This document shows, piece by piece, positions 44,253-55,821 of a DNA stretch of 64,000 bases. Made by a program: the position numbers and the translations under genes. Source of the DNA: Diplonema japonicum (Eukaryota > Protista > Euglenozoa: Diplonemea); the NCBI GenBank assembly GCA_964019335.1, contig OZ025660.1:743504-807503 (forward strand), given 5' to 3'. Each line of letters begins with the position of its first letter. Within the stretch, counting starts at the first letter, position 1. The notes below the pieces were generated by a model that saw only the letters and a program-made list of their open reading frames with translations, was not told the origin of the DNA and ran no database searches.

Positions 44253-47200
44253 TCATGGTTTCTGGACATGGTGACAGGAGTCACGCGTCTGCGATTTGCA
44301 TTTTAGCGGCACAATAGTTGCGACCCAAGCTTCACGCTTGAAGGCAAAAGCCAGGCGAGTGCGTAGGGGCGCCACCTGACCTACTTGACTTGGGAAGCAT
44401 GTGGCGAGTCTCCACTGTTCCCTTCTATGTGTTCTGACAAGACGCTCTGCGGAAGGAAGACTCACACCATCCTGCAGCTTCCGAGGCAGCAGCGCATCAT
44501 CAGGTAGCACGGCTCTTGGAAGGGGTGGTGATGTGTCCTCTGTGTGTATTTCATGTATCACTTCGAGTCTCTTCAAAGCTCTTGACAATCGCTCTTTCAC
44601 GGGTAGCTCCGCATCATCCAGTGCCGCGTAACCGGGGCCCTCCTCCAGCCCTTCTTCCGCAAGGATTAACTTCTCTTTCTGTAATGCTCTTTGCAACCGC
44701 TCCGCAATCGGCAATGCTGGATTGTCCCGTAGTTCCTTTGACACTGATGCATCAACAGTGCCGTACAGATAATTACGCTCTAAGGCCCTCCTTACCCGTT
44801 CGTCAAGAGCAATCATTACGTCATCTTGCAAGTCGGGCCGCGACCCGGAACGGATTGATGTGTCCTCTTCCAACTTCCTTTCGATGGCGTGCAGCTGCTG
44901 TTCAGTGTCAGAGACTGTTGTGCGCAGTACTGACGTTTCTCCAACAAGAAGCTTATGGTCACATTGCAGCTTACGAAGCTCTAGAACAGATGCTTCCCGA
45001 AGCAGCCCAAAATCAACGGCCTGCTGCTGAGCGAGCACAAGTTGGGCCCGCAGAGTGGTGATCTCCACAGTGCACTCCGCGAGCTCCTTGTGCAGAAGAT
45101 CACACTTTTTCACTTCGTCGTCGTAGAATTGTGTGAAATCCACAGCACCCTCGCACGTGATGCTTTGACTTAACATGCTTCCCTGGCTGTCTGTCCAGAC
45201 AGCGTCAAAAGTTTCGCTATCGCGGAGATTAAGGCCAGTTGCATGAGCCCACTGTTCGACTCCTTTTTGTAAAACGCAGCCTGTCGTAGTTTGTAATAAT
45301 ATCATATCCTTGCAGCCGTACACAGGGTAGCCACCGTCAACTCCCCGCCACGTGAAGTACCTGCAGCAGTCAGGCATGTTGACACCCACCGCCTCGGGAT
45401 AAAGTGGTGCTTTGCTTCTGTTTTTTACTTCATTTTCTAACCTGAGTTCTGTGACGCCAAGCATCTGTGACATGTTTCCCAGTTTGCTGTGTAGCTCTTT
45501 CATGCTCCCGACTTGGTCTTGGATTGTGCTATCGGATTCTTCTTTTTGGAGGCTGAGCTGCTCCACCAGCACTCCGTTCTCTTCGAGGCTTTTGAAGAGC
45601 TCGCATCTCAAGATGTCGAGCTCGGTATGTTTCTCTTGCAGAGCTGCCTTCGCTTCTGTCAGTTCGCCCTGCAGCTTCAACTGCGTGTATCCTACCTCCT
45701 GTGTGTGTGTCAGTGTTTTGTGCCGTACGTACCTCAGTCATGTTTGTGACTCCAAGTATGAGAGTGTGTGACGTTCCGGTCAGTATCACTAGCTTGTCCT
45801 CTTTCTCCCTTTTGCGGAGTTGGTTGATGAGCTCCTCCTCGATTTGGAGCCTTTCTGTCATGTTCAGACATTCTTGTTTTTTTTCATTCAGAGCAACTTT
45901 CATCTCTGTGCAAGTCGACTTATACTGCAGAACACTGCTCCGTTGGGCACCTATTTCCTCTTTGAGAGCCTCTGCTTCAGTGTTCACTTGTTTCAGCACC
46001 TTCTCCGCTTCCTGGAGCCTTTCCTTCAACTCATACACCATGTGCTGAGCTGCATCTCGATCGCTATGGGCTGCACTCAGTTGGCTTTCTTGCCTGTGTG
46101 TGTGCGTTGATGCATTGTGCAGTACCTTGCTGATGTCCTCCTTTGCTGCTCCAACGCCTCTAGTGCAGCAGCAAGCTCCATCGCCACAGCAGATACGCGA
46201 CTCTCACTGTCACGAGCATGTCGAAGAGAAGTGGCATTTTCTTCTTTCAACTTGTCAATATCTTTGTGTAGTTCCGCTACATCAGTTCCACTAAGTACCT
46301 GTGTGCTGTAGGTGGGCCTCCATACATACCGTGCCGCGCGTACCATGTTCTTGGTTGCGTTCCTTTGCCCCAAGCTGATTATGCAGCAATTCAATCTCAG
46401 TTTGCAAACTGCTTGCCAGTGTCTGTGCTTGTTGCTTCTCCTCTTCTGCTTTCGTGACCTCGGAGGCGAGTGCCCTTGACTGGGATGCAAGCTCTATCGC
46501 CAGCTGGTGCAGCTCGCGTATTGCTGCCTTGTCACCTTGCCGTTTCTTTTTTAAGTCTTTTAACTGCTTCTTACTTTCAGTGACTGAGGCCACAAGCAAC
46601 TCGTAATCCCCCTGTTCCACTTCTTCATGCACCTTTATTGCTTCTCGAAGTGTACTGCTGTCATCAACTAACTGCTGTTGCTTGCTCTGCAGTGCTATGA
46701 TTGTGACCTCTTTAGATGCTACTTCCGCTCGTTGTGCTTCAAGTTCTTGCTTCAGCTGTGCGGCCTCGCGTTCACTGCGATCGACTGCTGTCGAAACTAG
46801 CTGTTGAAAATTTTTGATCTCCGACTCCTGGTGGTTGAGGAAAGCTTCTTGCTCTTTAATTTGTTTTTTAAGCCTGGAATTCTCTTCATGTAAAATACTC
46901 TTCTCGGCTTGGGTTAGATTTGTTTCTAACGCGAGATCTCTCTGGCCACGTTCTTGGGTGGTTGCTGTTATCTGTTCACACAGTTTTGCGTTTTCCTCTT
47001 TTAGGATGCGGCATTCTTCAGTATGCAGTTCAAGGGATGTTTTCAGCTGGAGATAGTCCTTATCTCTCTGTTCCTTGTTGTCTGAAAGTTCCCTTAGACT
47101 ACTCGTGGCAGTTTTCACCGCATCTTGTAAGCGGGTTACTTCATCTTCGAGGGCCTGTTGTCTTTCCTTCTCATCTTCGCCTGCGCTACGTAGCGTCGCA

Positions 47201-48693
47201 TTCGTCGATCGAAGATCCTGCACCAGCTGCATTGCATCGTCGCGTTCTTTCCTCAGAGACGGGACAAGGTCAGCGTTGGTGTGCGTTTTGTTTTTCACAT
47301 CGTTGAGCTCCTCCATCAGCAGCTTGGAGTACTGCTTGCAATCTTCTTCACGCTTTCTGCATTTTGCCATTTCTGCCCCAGCGGCCTCCACCATATGGTT
47401 TGCTGTCTTAAGATTCTCTCTTAGCACCTTGTTTTCCTGAACTTCCTCTTGCAACTGTTGCACTCTTGTATCAAGCTGCGTGCATCTGTCGTCCGCTTCT
47501 TTACGTTGCTGTCGTTCTACAAGCCCCTGTTTTTCTTCGGTTTTTACTGCTTGCGCTAGTGTTTTGAGTTCTACTGTTTGTTCACTTATTTTTATGTCCA
47601 GCTCCGCAATTCGTTTTTTCGCAGCTTCTAATTCTTGCTTTGCCGTTTCGCTCTCGTGCATCTCATTCTGCGTTCGTGCGCTCTCACGCGACAGAGTCCT
47701 TTCTAAGTTTGCTGATTTCTGTTTTTCCAGTTCTAAAAGCTCTTCAAGCTGATCATGCACACGTTCCTCCTGAAGTTGTACTTTTGTCTTGTGTTCCTGG
47801 CTGCTCTCATCACTGGCAAGTGTGTCAACATCGGTAGGTGTGTGCGGCATCTTCCAGACATGTACTCCGCCTTCTTCGTTGGACAGCCATATCACGTTCC
47901 CTACAGGCTGTGCCGCAATGAAGGTACCTTTACACGTGCTGTACTTCTGTTTCATGAGCAGAGCATCCGGATCCCACATGATAGCGGTTCCTGCAGTGTC
48001 GATAGTGACCATGTCGTCATGGGAGCCAGGCATCCAGATCTGCATCAATGCGTGCGAGTGGGCTTGGGATGAAGACAGCAGAGTTGCTGTAGACAATGAC
48101 CAAACTCGTATAGTGCCGTCCGCAGTGCCTCCCCACACAGAGCCGAAAGCACCATGTTTGAGCCTCTTCCCATCCATGGCAAGCGCAGTCACATTGGAGG
48201 AGGAGCCCAACTGCGTTATCACGTCGCCTTTCAGCGTGTCCCACAACACAACTGACTTGTCTGCATCGCCTGTCAAAAGCACAGTACCCCAAATAGTAGA
48301 ACATAGCAAGTTCTTAGTGTGCACCAGCAAGCACTTCGAAGTGTAACTGTTAGGATCCCACTCATGCACACTGCCGTCTTCTGAGATAGAAAGCACACCA
48401 TCCTCACTGCTCAAAAGAGAGATCACCTTCCCCTTGTGGGTCAGTTCCTTGAAGACAAGCATGTGTTCTATCGCATCGTGCACAGCAAGCATGCCGTTGC
48501 TCCAACCACTCCAAATGTGACTATCTGCCACGTGCAAACTACAACAGTACACACCACTTACGGGTGCTTTCAGGCTCTTCACAGGCGACACCGAGACAAA
48601 GGCCAGACTCCTCCCTCCGCACCAAACACCGTTATCCATCGGATGCAAGACGTGCGTGACATCATCTTCGAGCACTGTACGTACGCAGCTCAT
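44253..48693 (-). CDS. WD40-repeat + long coiled-coil protein, 4 exons
   Basis: WD-like repeats (SEDGSVHEWD, DADKSVVLWD, TADGTIRVWS). Three 31-34 nt GT..CACACAG introns near 46300, 46100 and 45710 join four ORF-track segments. Confidence 0.8.
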
Positions 48694-48833
48694 GTTTATG
48701 TGTGCATCTGTTGGATTGGTGGCAGCAGCAAGAATACAAGACGAGGTTTAGCTAGAGGTACAACAGTAACAACATTAAGTATCAACATGTCGACAACATT
48801 CGCCGACAGGAAAAAGGGACAAGTACTAAGGTT

Positions 48834-50285
48834 TTAGTGAGAGCCCAACACGGGGTCTGTGTCGCCAACCCAGTGTGCAGCGACGACAACAGACTTAAAG
48901 GGAGCAGGGATATTGTGTCTACAACCAGCGGCATCTGCAAGGATGGAGAGTGCAGAGAGAGTGTCATCGAGCTTTGCTTCGCGTCCTAGGAAGGTCGACC
49001 CTGTTTGGTCTTTCAATTCGCCAGTAGCAGGAAGGTACACCAGATGTGTAAGGGGTTGCGACACAAAGTCATTGACGCTCTTAATAACGCCCGATCCAGG
49101 TGCTGCGTAATACAAGATGTCCCTCCCCATTACATCATGCACTGTGACACCTGTGGCAATGCTCCTGGGACTTACAGGGTTCCCAGGGTAAGGTACAGTG
49201 AAGGATCTCACAGTGGAGGGGTTAACAGTGGCTGACCTCACGTTTGCTTTTTGAACTACGTGCTTCTTTTCTGGTGACGCAGAATGCCTTACAAACGTGT
49301 TGAGAGCCTTTCGCGTCTGCGTCAGTTTAACCTCTGTCTCCCAATCAATGGCAGCGACTAGTGCGTCTTGAGCCTTGCCCAGCTTCTGCGAAGTCACCTG
49401 GAGTGCAACATCCTTCTCGGCCATCGTTTGTCGCAACGTACAAACGTTCTCCTGAAGCTGTGCCACCTGCTCACATGACGGTGCATTGCTCAACTTGTTC
49501 TCAAGCTCCTGGATCTTTACATGAAGACCTTCGTCCATCAACATGGATTTTCTTCTTGACAGCCTTACAGAAGCCCTTGAAGCTGTGTTATTCTTCTCCA
49601 GTTTCTGCACCTTTTCGATAAGATTTGCATTTTCCCTCTCGAGTTTGCCGATAAGCTTTGCCTTGTTTTTCACATCCTCCGCAAGTCTGTCAGCTTTAGT
49701 AGATGCGGTTGAGTCCTGGAGCAATCTTCGGAGACTTTCAACTTGTGCTTTTAGCAGAGCATTCTCATGGCTGAGATCTAGTGACTCTTGCTGTGTGTAA
49801 ACGGAGGTTCGTGGCTTTATTGAGTTTGCCGTGCTGTGCCTTGACAGAACCCCGGAGGCACTTCTCAGTATAGAAGTTTTTGAAGTATGGCTCCTCTCGG
49901 AGCAAGGCAGAGAGATTCTGCTGAGTTGGCTGGACTTTCTTTCGAGTACCACGGACTCCGGTGTTACTGGTGGTGGGATTTCATTTAAACTCGAAGTGCT
50001 GTGTGGAGCGCTTGCTGTCCCGTTGACACTGGAGATAACAGAGGGAGCAGACTTCGTGATCAAAGGAATCTCAGGTGTTAGCGCTGGCTGGCTCTGAAGT
50101 GGGCTCGTTGGTTGACCTTGTGTTTGGCCCTGACTCTGGTTCTGGTTTGGCTTACTTGTTGGAGTCCCTTCGAAGCTGACTTTCTCAACCTGCTTCTTCA
50201 GGACAGGCACAGCAAGTTGCTCGAGATCTGGTTTGGGTGTGACTTCATCAGCCTTGAGGCTAACAACGCTGCTCTTGCGGGACAT
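48834..50285 (-). CDS. Hypothetical Ser-rich/coiled-coil protein (483 aa)
   Basis: Long intronless ATG ORF. Confidence 0.75.
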   Translation of the reverse strand: MSRKSSVVSLKADEVTPKPDLEQLAVPVLKKQVEKVSFEGTPTSKPNQNQSQGQTQGQPTSPLQSQPALTPEIPLITKSAPSVISSVNGTASAPHSTSSLNEIPPPVTPESVVLERKSSQLSRISLPCSERSHTSKTSILRSASGVLSRHSTANSIKPRTSVYTQQESLDLSHENALLKAQVESLRRLLQDSTASTKADRLAEDVKNKAKLIGKLERENANLIEKVQKLEKNNTASRASVRLSRRKSMLMDEGLHVKIQELENKLSNAPSCEQVAQLQENVCTLRQTMAEKDVALQVTSQKLGKAQDALVAAIDWETEVKLTQTRKALNTFVRHSASPEKKHVVQKANVRSATVNPSTVRSFTVPYPGNPVSPRSIATGVTVHDVMGRDILYYAAPGSGVIKSVNDFVSQPLTHLVYLPATGELKDQTGSTFLGREAKLDDTLSALSILADAAGCRHNIPAPFKSVVVAAHWVGDTDPVLGSH

Positions 50286-50875
50286 AACGGCACCTGTTTA
50301 TCTTGTGGAAACGGTAACAGTGCAATAAAGTACTAAAGAGTCAGAAGGGATGTGGAAGATAGTAGGAACTAGCCAAAGGCATCGTGGTTGTTCGGATCAA
50401 GGAGTGCCTTACTAAGGGGGGCCCATTTGCGGAACATTAATTCCAAAAAAGAAAAAAAAAGGAGGGGTATGAAGGAAAATAGAAAAAAAGGTCCCAAAAT
50501 GAAAAGGGTATCAAAATAGCTTGTTCTTAAGCCAGGAGGCAGAGAAAGGTGAGTTTGAAGCCTTGATAATCGAAATAAAATGAGAAAAGAAAAAACCCGA
50601 ATGAAGCAGCGAAGTTTTCGCATAGTGGTGGTTGGGAACATGGTTGGAGTTCGGGGGGGGGGGGGGGGGGGGGGTCAAACTCGCCGCCTACAAAGGGACG
50701 CAGTTCTCAAACTGTTGTTCTGCAGGATGACAGGACTCCATCTCTTCTAGTAACGTACTGCGTGCCATCGTTGGTGGGTTTAGAATATAATAAGCATACA
50801 TTTCACATGACGAAAGAGGCTTATTAGTGACAAAATCAAAGAAAACGTGGGGAATATGGAAGAATCCTTCTTTCC

Positions 50876-52504
50876 CTATGAACTACCTGTGGGCAGGACA
50901 AAAGGGTGCTCATTGAGAAGCTGTCTAGCTTGCGGCTCAAGCATAGTTGATGTGCATATCCTCATGCCGAAGGCAAGACCTAATCCTCTAAGCAGAATTA
51001 GCATTCTTCCTGGCATAATTATGAGACTTGGTAGCTGCTCGACAGGATCGGCTGCCTCCACAGCGTCTAGGAATTCAGCAATGTTGTTAAGCTTTCCGTC
51101 CACAGTGAGCACGTCCTCTGTGTCCCTGTCGAACCAAAAGCATGCTGTTTTGTAGCAGATGTCCTTCTTCCCATAACGTGTCTTAGCACCAATTGCCTTG
51201 AAAGTCTCCAGCAACCCGTCCTCATCTTTGTCCACGATCTGACAGATGATCTGTGCTACTGCAGACTTTTCATCAGGCTCGAGCTTTTTAACTTGCCCAA
51301 AGTCGATGAGTCCCAGCCTGCCATCGTTCAACAGGAGGATGTTGCCAGGGTGGGGGTCGCCATTTAGGCAGCCGTGCTCAAGGAGCTGGTCACCATGCAC
51401 ACCCATCAGGATCCCCATTACCTCACCCATGTTTATTGGAATGTGAGACCACTCCATCTGCAGGTGGCTACCCGTCAAAAGGTAAGGGAGTGTCGTGGTG
51501 TTGGCGAGTAGACGGAAGAGGTTCAAAACGTAATCCTTGCACCTGAGGAACATCTTGATCTTGTTCGACGCACGTGTTTCGTTTTCAATGCTGCGCAGCT
51601 GCAGCTCCCCTGAGTTTAACTTTCTGCGTTGCTCTTCTTCAAGCTCTTCCAGCGTAGTGCCCATTTTGTCGGCAATTTTCTTAAAGTTGTCTTTGATCCC
51701 ATTAACAAGCTTCACGCCGTGGAGGTACTCCATCGTCAGCACCTTCCTGGAGCACAGTTCGGTGTACGGCTTCGGGATAGCGACCTTGTCCCCCCATTTG
51801 GGCATGATCTGGTTCCTGATAAGGTCCAAGTTCTTTGCCTCTTCAATGTAGTTGAACTCGGTGAGGAACTGCTTCTCGATCTCGTCGAAGGCGGGCACAT
51901 GCTGGGGCATGAACCAAGCACAAAAATTCTTCATGGTACGGATGTCGCCTCTGAAGAGGTGCTCAGCTTCATTGTGCTGGATCTTAACAGCCACTTCAGT
52001 CCCGTCTGGAAGAATAGCTCTGTGCACTTGTCCTATGGAAGCCACGCCAGTAGGGATCGGGTCGAAGAACGAGAAGATTTCATCTATTTTCTTCCCAAGC
52101 TGCTCTTCAATGATGCGCTCGGCATCGCCCTCTTCAAAAGGTGTCGGTGCTTGATCTTCTGTTTCTTTCATCCATTTGATATATTGCCGAGGGAGAAAGT
52201 CTTCTCTCGATGCCATCATTTGAGCATTTTTGAGGTAGAACCCACGCATCTCCAAACAGAGGGCTTTTGCTTTCTCGCTTTCTTTGTCATGCAGGGCCTC
52301 GTACCTGGCATCTGCATCGGCTGTGTCAATCAAACCCAAGTCCCTGTGCAAGAACTGCACGTACCTATAGCGCAAGTAGATTGGGAACGCTCTCGACCAA
52401 TAACTTTGCGACCTCCCAACACCCTCGTCTGCGTACCCCGCAGCAGTGGCAATTCCAGCACCACTGCCAATAACGCCGAGAAGCACTTTTGATAAATTAC
52501 CCAT
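50876..52504 (-). CDS. ABC1/UbiB (ADCK) atypical kinase
   Basis: Motifs GFYLKNAQ, GVASIGQVHRA, VAVKIQH, GDPHPGN and LIDFG. Confidence 0.92.
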   Translation of the reverse strand: MGNLSKVLLGVIGSGAGIATAAGYADEGVGRSQSYWSRAFPIYLRYRYVQFLHRDLGLIDTADADARYEALHDKESEKAKALCLEMRGFYLKNAQMMASREDFLPRQYIKWMKETEDQAPTPFEEGDAERIIEEQLGKKIDEIFSFFDPIPTGVASIGQVHRAILPDGTEVAVKIQHNEAEHLFRGDIRTMKNFCAWFMPQHVPAFDEIEKQFLTEFNYIEEAKNLDLIRNQIMPKWGDKVAIPKPYTELCSRKVLTMEYLHGVKLVNGIKDNFKKIADKMGTTLEELEEEQRRKLNSGELQLRSIENETRASNKIKMFLRCKDYVLNLFRLLANTTTLPYLLTGSHLQMEWSHIPINMGEVMGILMGVHGDQLLEHGCLNGDPHPGNILLLNDGRLGLIDFGQVKKLEPDEKSAVAQIICQIVDKDEDGLLETFKAIGAKTRYGKKDICYKTACFWFDRDTEDVLTVDGKLNNIAEFLDAVEAADPVEQLPSLIIMPGRMLILLRGLGLAFGMRICTSTMLEPQARQLLNEHPFVLPTGSS

Positions 52505-52562
52505 GTATTAATTGAGTCCTGATGTTTGTGATACAGCATATGCATAAAGAAACGAAAAGCAT

Positions 52563-55193
52563 CTACAGTAGATGGGGGTTGTGACTCGCAACTGAAGGTG
52601 GAAGAGTTGGCTGAGAAAAGTGTGGGTCTAAGTGACGCAAAGGGTTGAGGACTCGCCTTGGCGGAGCGAGAAATCCCCAACCGCCCAAGTCATCCTCATC
52701 ACTGTCCATAGATCCTTCTGCCGGGAGTTGACACAATGCAGTGTTGGGCGACTTGTCAGGCTGCATCTCCGCAACGGGGTCGAGCTGGTCGGGATTGGGT
52801 ATCTGGTGCACCCATTTCTCAACAGTAGTTGTGGGTGCGTGTATATGTCTCTGTACAAGAACGTCACAGTTTTCAGGTATCCCAAAACTATTTTTCGTAG
52901 TTCTGCTTCCTTCCATTACGCTGTCCTTAAGTGGCAAGTTAGGCAACTTTCCGTCTTTAAGTTCTGCTAACCTATTTTCGGACAGTGCAAGCGCAGGCTC
53001 GTTCAATGCCCGTGCGTACCTATCAGTTCTGTACCTATACTTCAGAGGGCTGTTCGGAACGTCGGGGCAGAAATCGATCTCATCGTTGTGGCGCAGTGTC
53101 TGCCCGCCACGGCTAATGATTTTGCCATTGACAGCGAGCCTGCTGGGGAGGATGGGCCGCAGCTTGCATGTTGGCTTATCAGACCACCACTTACTCACTA
53201 CGATCTCGGCATGCCGCTGGGACACACGCAGGTTCTGGAAGTGCTCTTCTTCTGCACAAAGCACAATATCAGGATCCGGCAACGCACCACAACTGCCGCC
53301 CACCGTGAATGACATTGGTTTCACAAGCCATACTATCGATGGGGGGAACTCTTCCTGCGATCTATAGTTTCCTAGTTGTTCGAGGCATCCGAATGTAGGC
53401 AGCCCCATAATCGTGTCAGCCCTTATTCTTCCAGACTTCTGCCTGGTAAGAGCCGGCGATGTGTTCGAACCAGCAAGTGACTCTTCCATTTTATCTATCT
53501 GAAGGTCCAGATTGGCTTCAAGCCAGATGTCGAGATGGTGCACAAAGCACGGTGCAAGCCAGACGTTGTCAAACTCGGGCAGCACCTGCCTTAGGAACAC
53601 AGCAAGCATCTCACCTTTGGTGAGCATTTCGGCACCTTCGAGCTGCTTTTCGAAGCCCTTAACGTGCGCAGTGCCGACTTTTGTCTTCCTTCGTGTCCCG
53701 AGCTGGCGCTTAGCTTCTTGCTTAGGGTTGGAAGATCGAAGGGCAAAAGAGTGGTTCAATGAACCTGCTGTTGATGCTGCTTTTTTAGAATATGAGTTCA
53801 CAACCGGGCTGTTCTGCAAGCTACCGTGCCGTGCAGCGCGAGGGCTCTGCGACAAAGCAACATTCGCATCTCCCTCGAGACCTGCTTTTTCCAGCAGTTT
53901 TGTCTCAGTATTAACGTCGACGACGACAGTGAAGTAGGAACCCACAATGGCGATAGGCATCGCCATGAACATTATACCCAGCATCATCGATAGGGACCCT
54001 GTCATCTTTCCCAAGGATGTCACAGGTACCATGTCACCGTAGCCCACAGTTGTCATTGTGACGATAGACCACCACATAGTGTGCGGGATGCTGATGAACT
54101 GCGACTCTATCTTCTCACACGTTTCATTGAATAGCACTGCAGGCCTGCTGCTACATGCCGTGTCAGTGATGAGGAACTTGTGCTGTTCTTCGTCATACAC
54201 ACCCTTCTCCAAGAAGTACATAGCACTCGACATTACAAGTAGACACGCAACAAGGAATGTGAATGGTGCCAATAGTGCTTGTGCTGACTTTTCTAGAGCA
54301 CGGACTAAATTTTCGATCGGTTTGAAGTTTTTAAAGAACTTCAACATTCTGAAGAGCCTGCAAAGCTTGAGCATGTCAGGCCCTTGTGTGCCTTGGGTGC
54401 TGAACATTTCCTGAATGTAGAATGGAAGGATTGAGAGAATATCTGCTACTGTTGTCGGTTTCTTCAGGAAGTGTAACCTGTTCCTTGCTAAGCCGATGCG
54501 CAGCAATATCTCGATGGTGAAGACAACGGTGACACCCAGCTCGATGGACCACCAGATGTCTGTGCGGTCGGGGAAGACCTCTGGGTTATATTCGGGTATG
54601 GATTCCAAAATGAGGGCCACGACGGACAGCATGATGAGGAGGAGTTGGAACAAAAAGAAGAACTTCGCTGGTGTGGACGAGAAAGGGTACTCGAGAAGGT
54701 TGATCGTTTTATCCCGCAAGGTTAGGGGCTCGTCGTCAATCTCCTCCCATTTCATGAAATGCCACCTGCCAGCTTCCAACGCATATTCGTCTGTGGCCCC
54801 CCAAAGTTGCTTGTCACGTGGCTGAGAATTGAACGTTACTTCCATCTTCTCCCCCTCATGTGTGGGGTGCTCGAACAAGCAGGGTGATGACTGCGGGAGG
54901 TCACTTCCCAGCAATAGTATTCTGCCATCTCCTATACTTATGAAGTCATTCGCCACCCCAGACCCCTTTGGTGCATGGCCTAGTTTGCGATCCCCTTTCA
55001 GATGTTTTTGCAGTGTTCTGTGTTTTTTTGTGTAGCTCTTACACAAATAATACAGCTTCTCATCTAGATGCCCGGAGTGCCGTACGAGTAAATTTTTAAG
55101 ATAATCCAACTCATTCTGATTCTTTTTACTTTCGGGCACTGTCTCTATGAAGTCGACAGTGCTCCTTGGCGCCGCCGCGTGGGTGGCGTTCAT
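52563..55193 (-). CDS. Voltage-gated K+ channel (6TM) with C-terminal FHA-like domain
   Basis: Pore WWSIVTMTTVGYGD and S4 LKLCRLFRMLKFFK. The FHA-like segment is FTVGG..DIVL..VSQRHAEI..VNG..LRHNDEI. Start placed at the first ATG after a CACAG acceptor. Confidence 0.88.
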   Translation of the reverse strand: MNATHAAAPRSTVDFIETVPESKKNQNELDYLKNLLVRHSGHLDEKLYYLCKSYTKKHRTLQKHLKGDRKLGHAPKGSGVANDFISIGDGRILLLGSDLPQSSPCLFEHPTHEGEKMEVTFNSQPRDKQLWGATDEYALEAGRWHFMKWEEIDDEPLTLRDKTINLLEYPFSSTPAKFFFLFQLLLIMLSVVALILESIPEYNPEVFPDRTDIWWSIELGVTVVFTIEILLRIGLARNRLHFLKKPTTVADILSILPFYIQEMFSTQGTQGPDMLKLCRLFRMLKFFKNFKPIENLVRALEKSAQALLAPFTFLVACLLVMSSAMYFLEKGVYDEEQHKFLITDTACSSRPAVLFNETCEKIESQFISIPHTMWWSIVTMTTVGYGDMVPVTSLGKMTGSLSMMLGIMFMAMPIAIVGSYFTVVVDVNTETKLLEKAGLEGDANVALSQSPRAARHGSLQNSPVVNSYSKKAASTAGSLNHSFALRSSNPKQEAKRQLGTRRKTKVGTAHVKGFEKQLEGAEMLTKGEMLAVFLRQVLPEFDNVWLAPCFVHHLDIWLEANLDLQIDKMEESLAGSNTSPALTRQKSGRIRADTIMGLPTFGCLEQLGNYRSQEEFPPSIVWLVKPMSFTVGGSCGALPDPDIVLCAEEEHFQNLRVSQRHAEIVVSKWWSDKPTCKLRPILPSRLAVNGKIISRGGQTLRHNDEIDFCPDVPNSPLKYRYRTDRYARALNEPALALSENRLAELKDGKLPNLPLKDSVMEGSRTTKNSFGIPENCDVLVQRHIHAPTTTVEKWVHQIPNPDQLDPVAEMQPDKSPNTALCQLPAEGSMDSDEDDLGGWGFLAPPRRVLNPLRHLDPHFSQPTLPPSVASHNPHLL

Positions 55194-55821
55194 GTCCTGT
55201 GCTGGTACGTGTGAGAAAGTGAGGGAATGCACGATAAAAAAGGGGGTGAGGTAACGGAAGAGAACACACTCAAAGAGCGGGTAGCCTTTGCATTAAGGGA
55301 AGGTGCACGCAAGCAAGCAGGCAAATCACACGGGAAGGGTAAAGAAACGAAGAAAGAAAGGAAAAGAGGAAAAAAAATATAAGATTGATTTCTGGCAGGT
55401 GCGATGGTCCCAAGCCACAAAGCCAATGCCGATGCTGAATCACCAGCCACAGACTAGATACAGAATTCTCCTCTTTCTGCTGTACCTATTATCTCTCAAG
55501 TCAGCACCGAGCTACAGGAGTGTTCACATTGAAAAACAAGTGACGCGGTTTAAAAGGAAAAGAAAAGGGAACACAACAAAATTTGCAAAAAATGGCAAGC
55601 AATTCAAAGGAAAAAATCAAATCCTATTGAGAGAAGTAACATGAAAACGTAAATAGGATTTTTTATGTGGTGAATGAAATAATACAAAACAAAGAAAAGG
55701 AAAAGGAAAGACTGAGACAAGTAGACTTGCATGAAACATCAAAGAACACTGCCTGCCGTAACGAACGCAAATCTTCCAGGTATGAAACAAGATTAATCGT
55801 GGAAAGGTGCTGCAGACATGC

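Noticed and set aside
50690-50780. ACCAACGAT (similar to an SL 5' end) and a 7-bp stem as a possible SL RNA or H/ACA RNA
   Set aside because: The rest of the SL exon, the donor site and the Sm site are absent, and the match is short enough to be chance.
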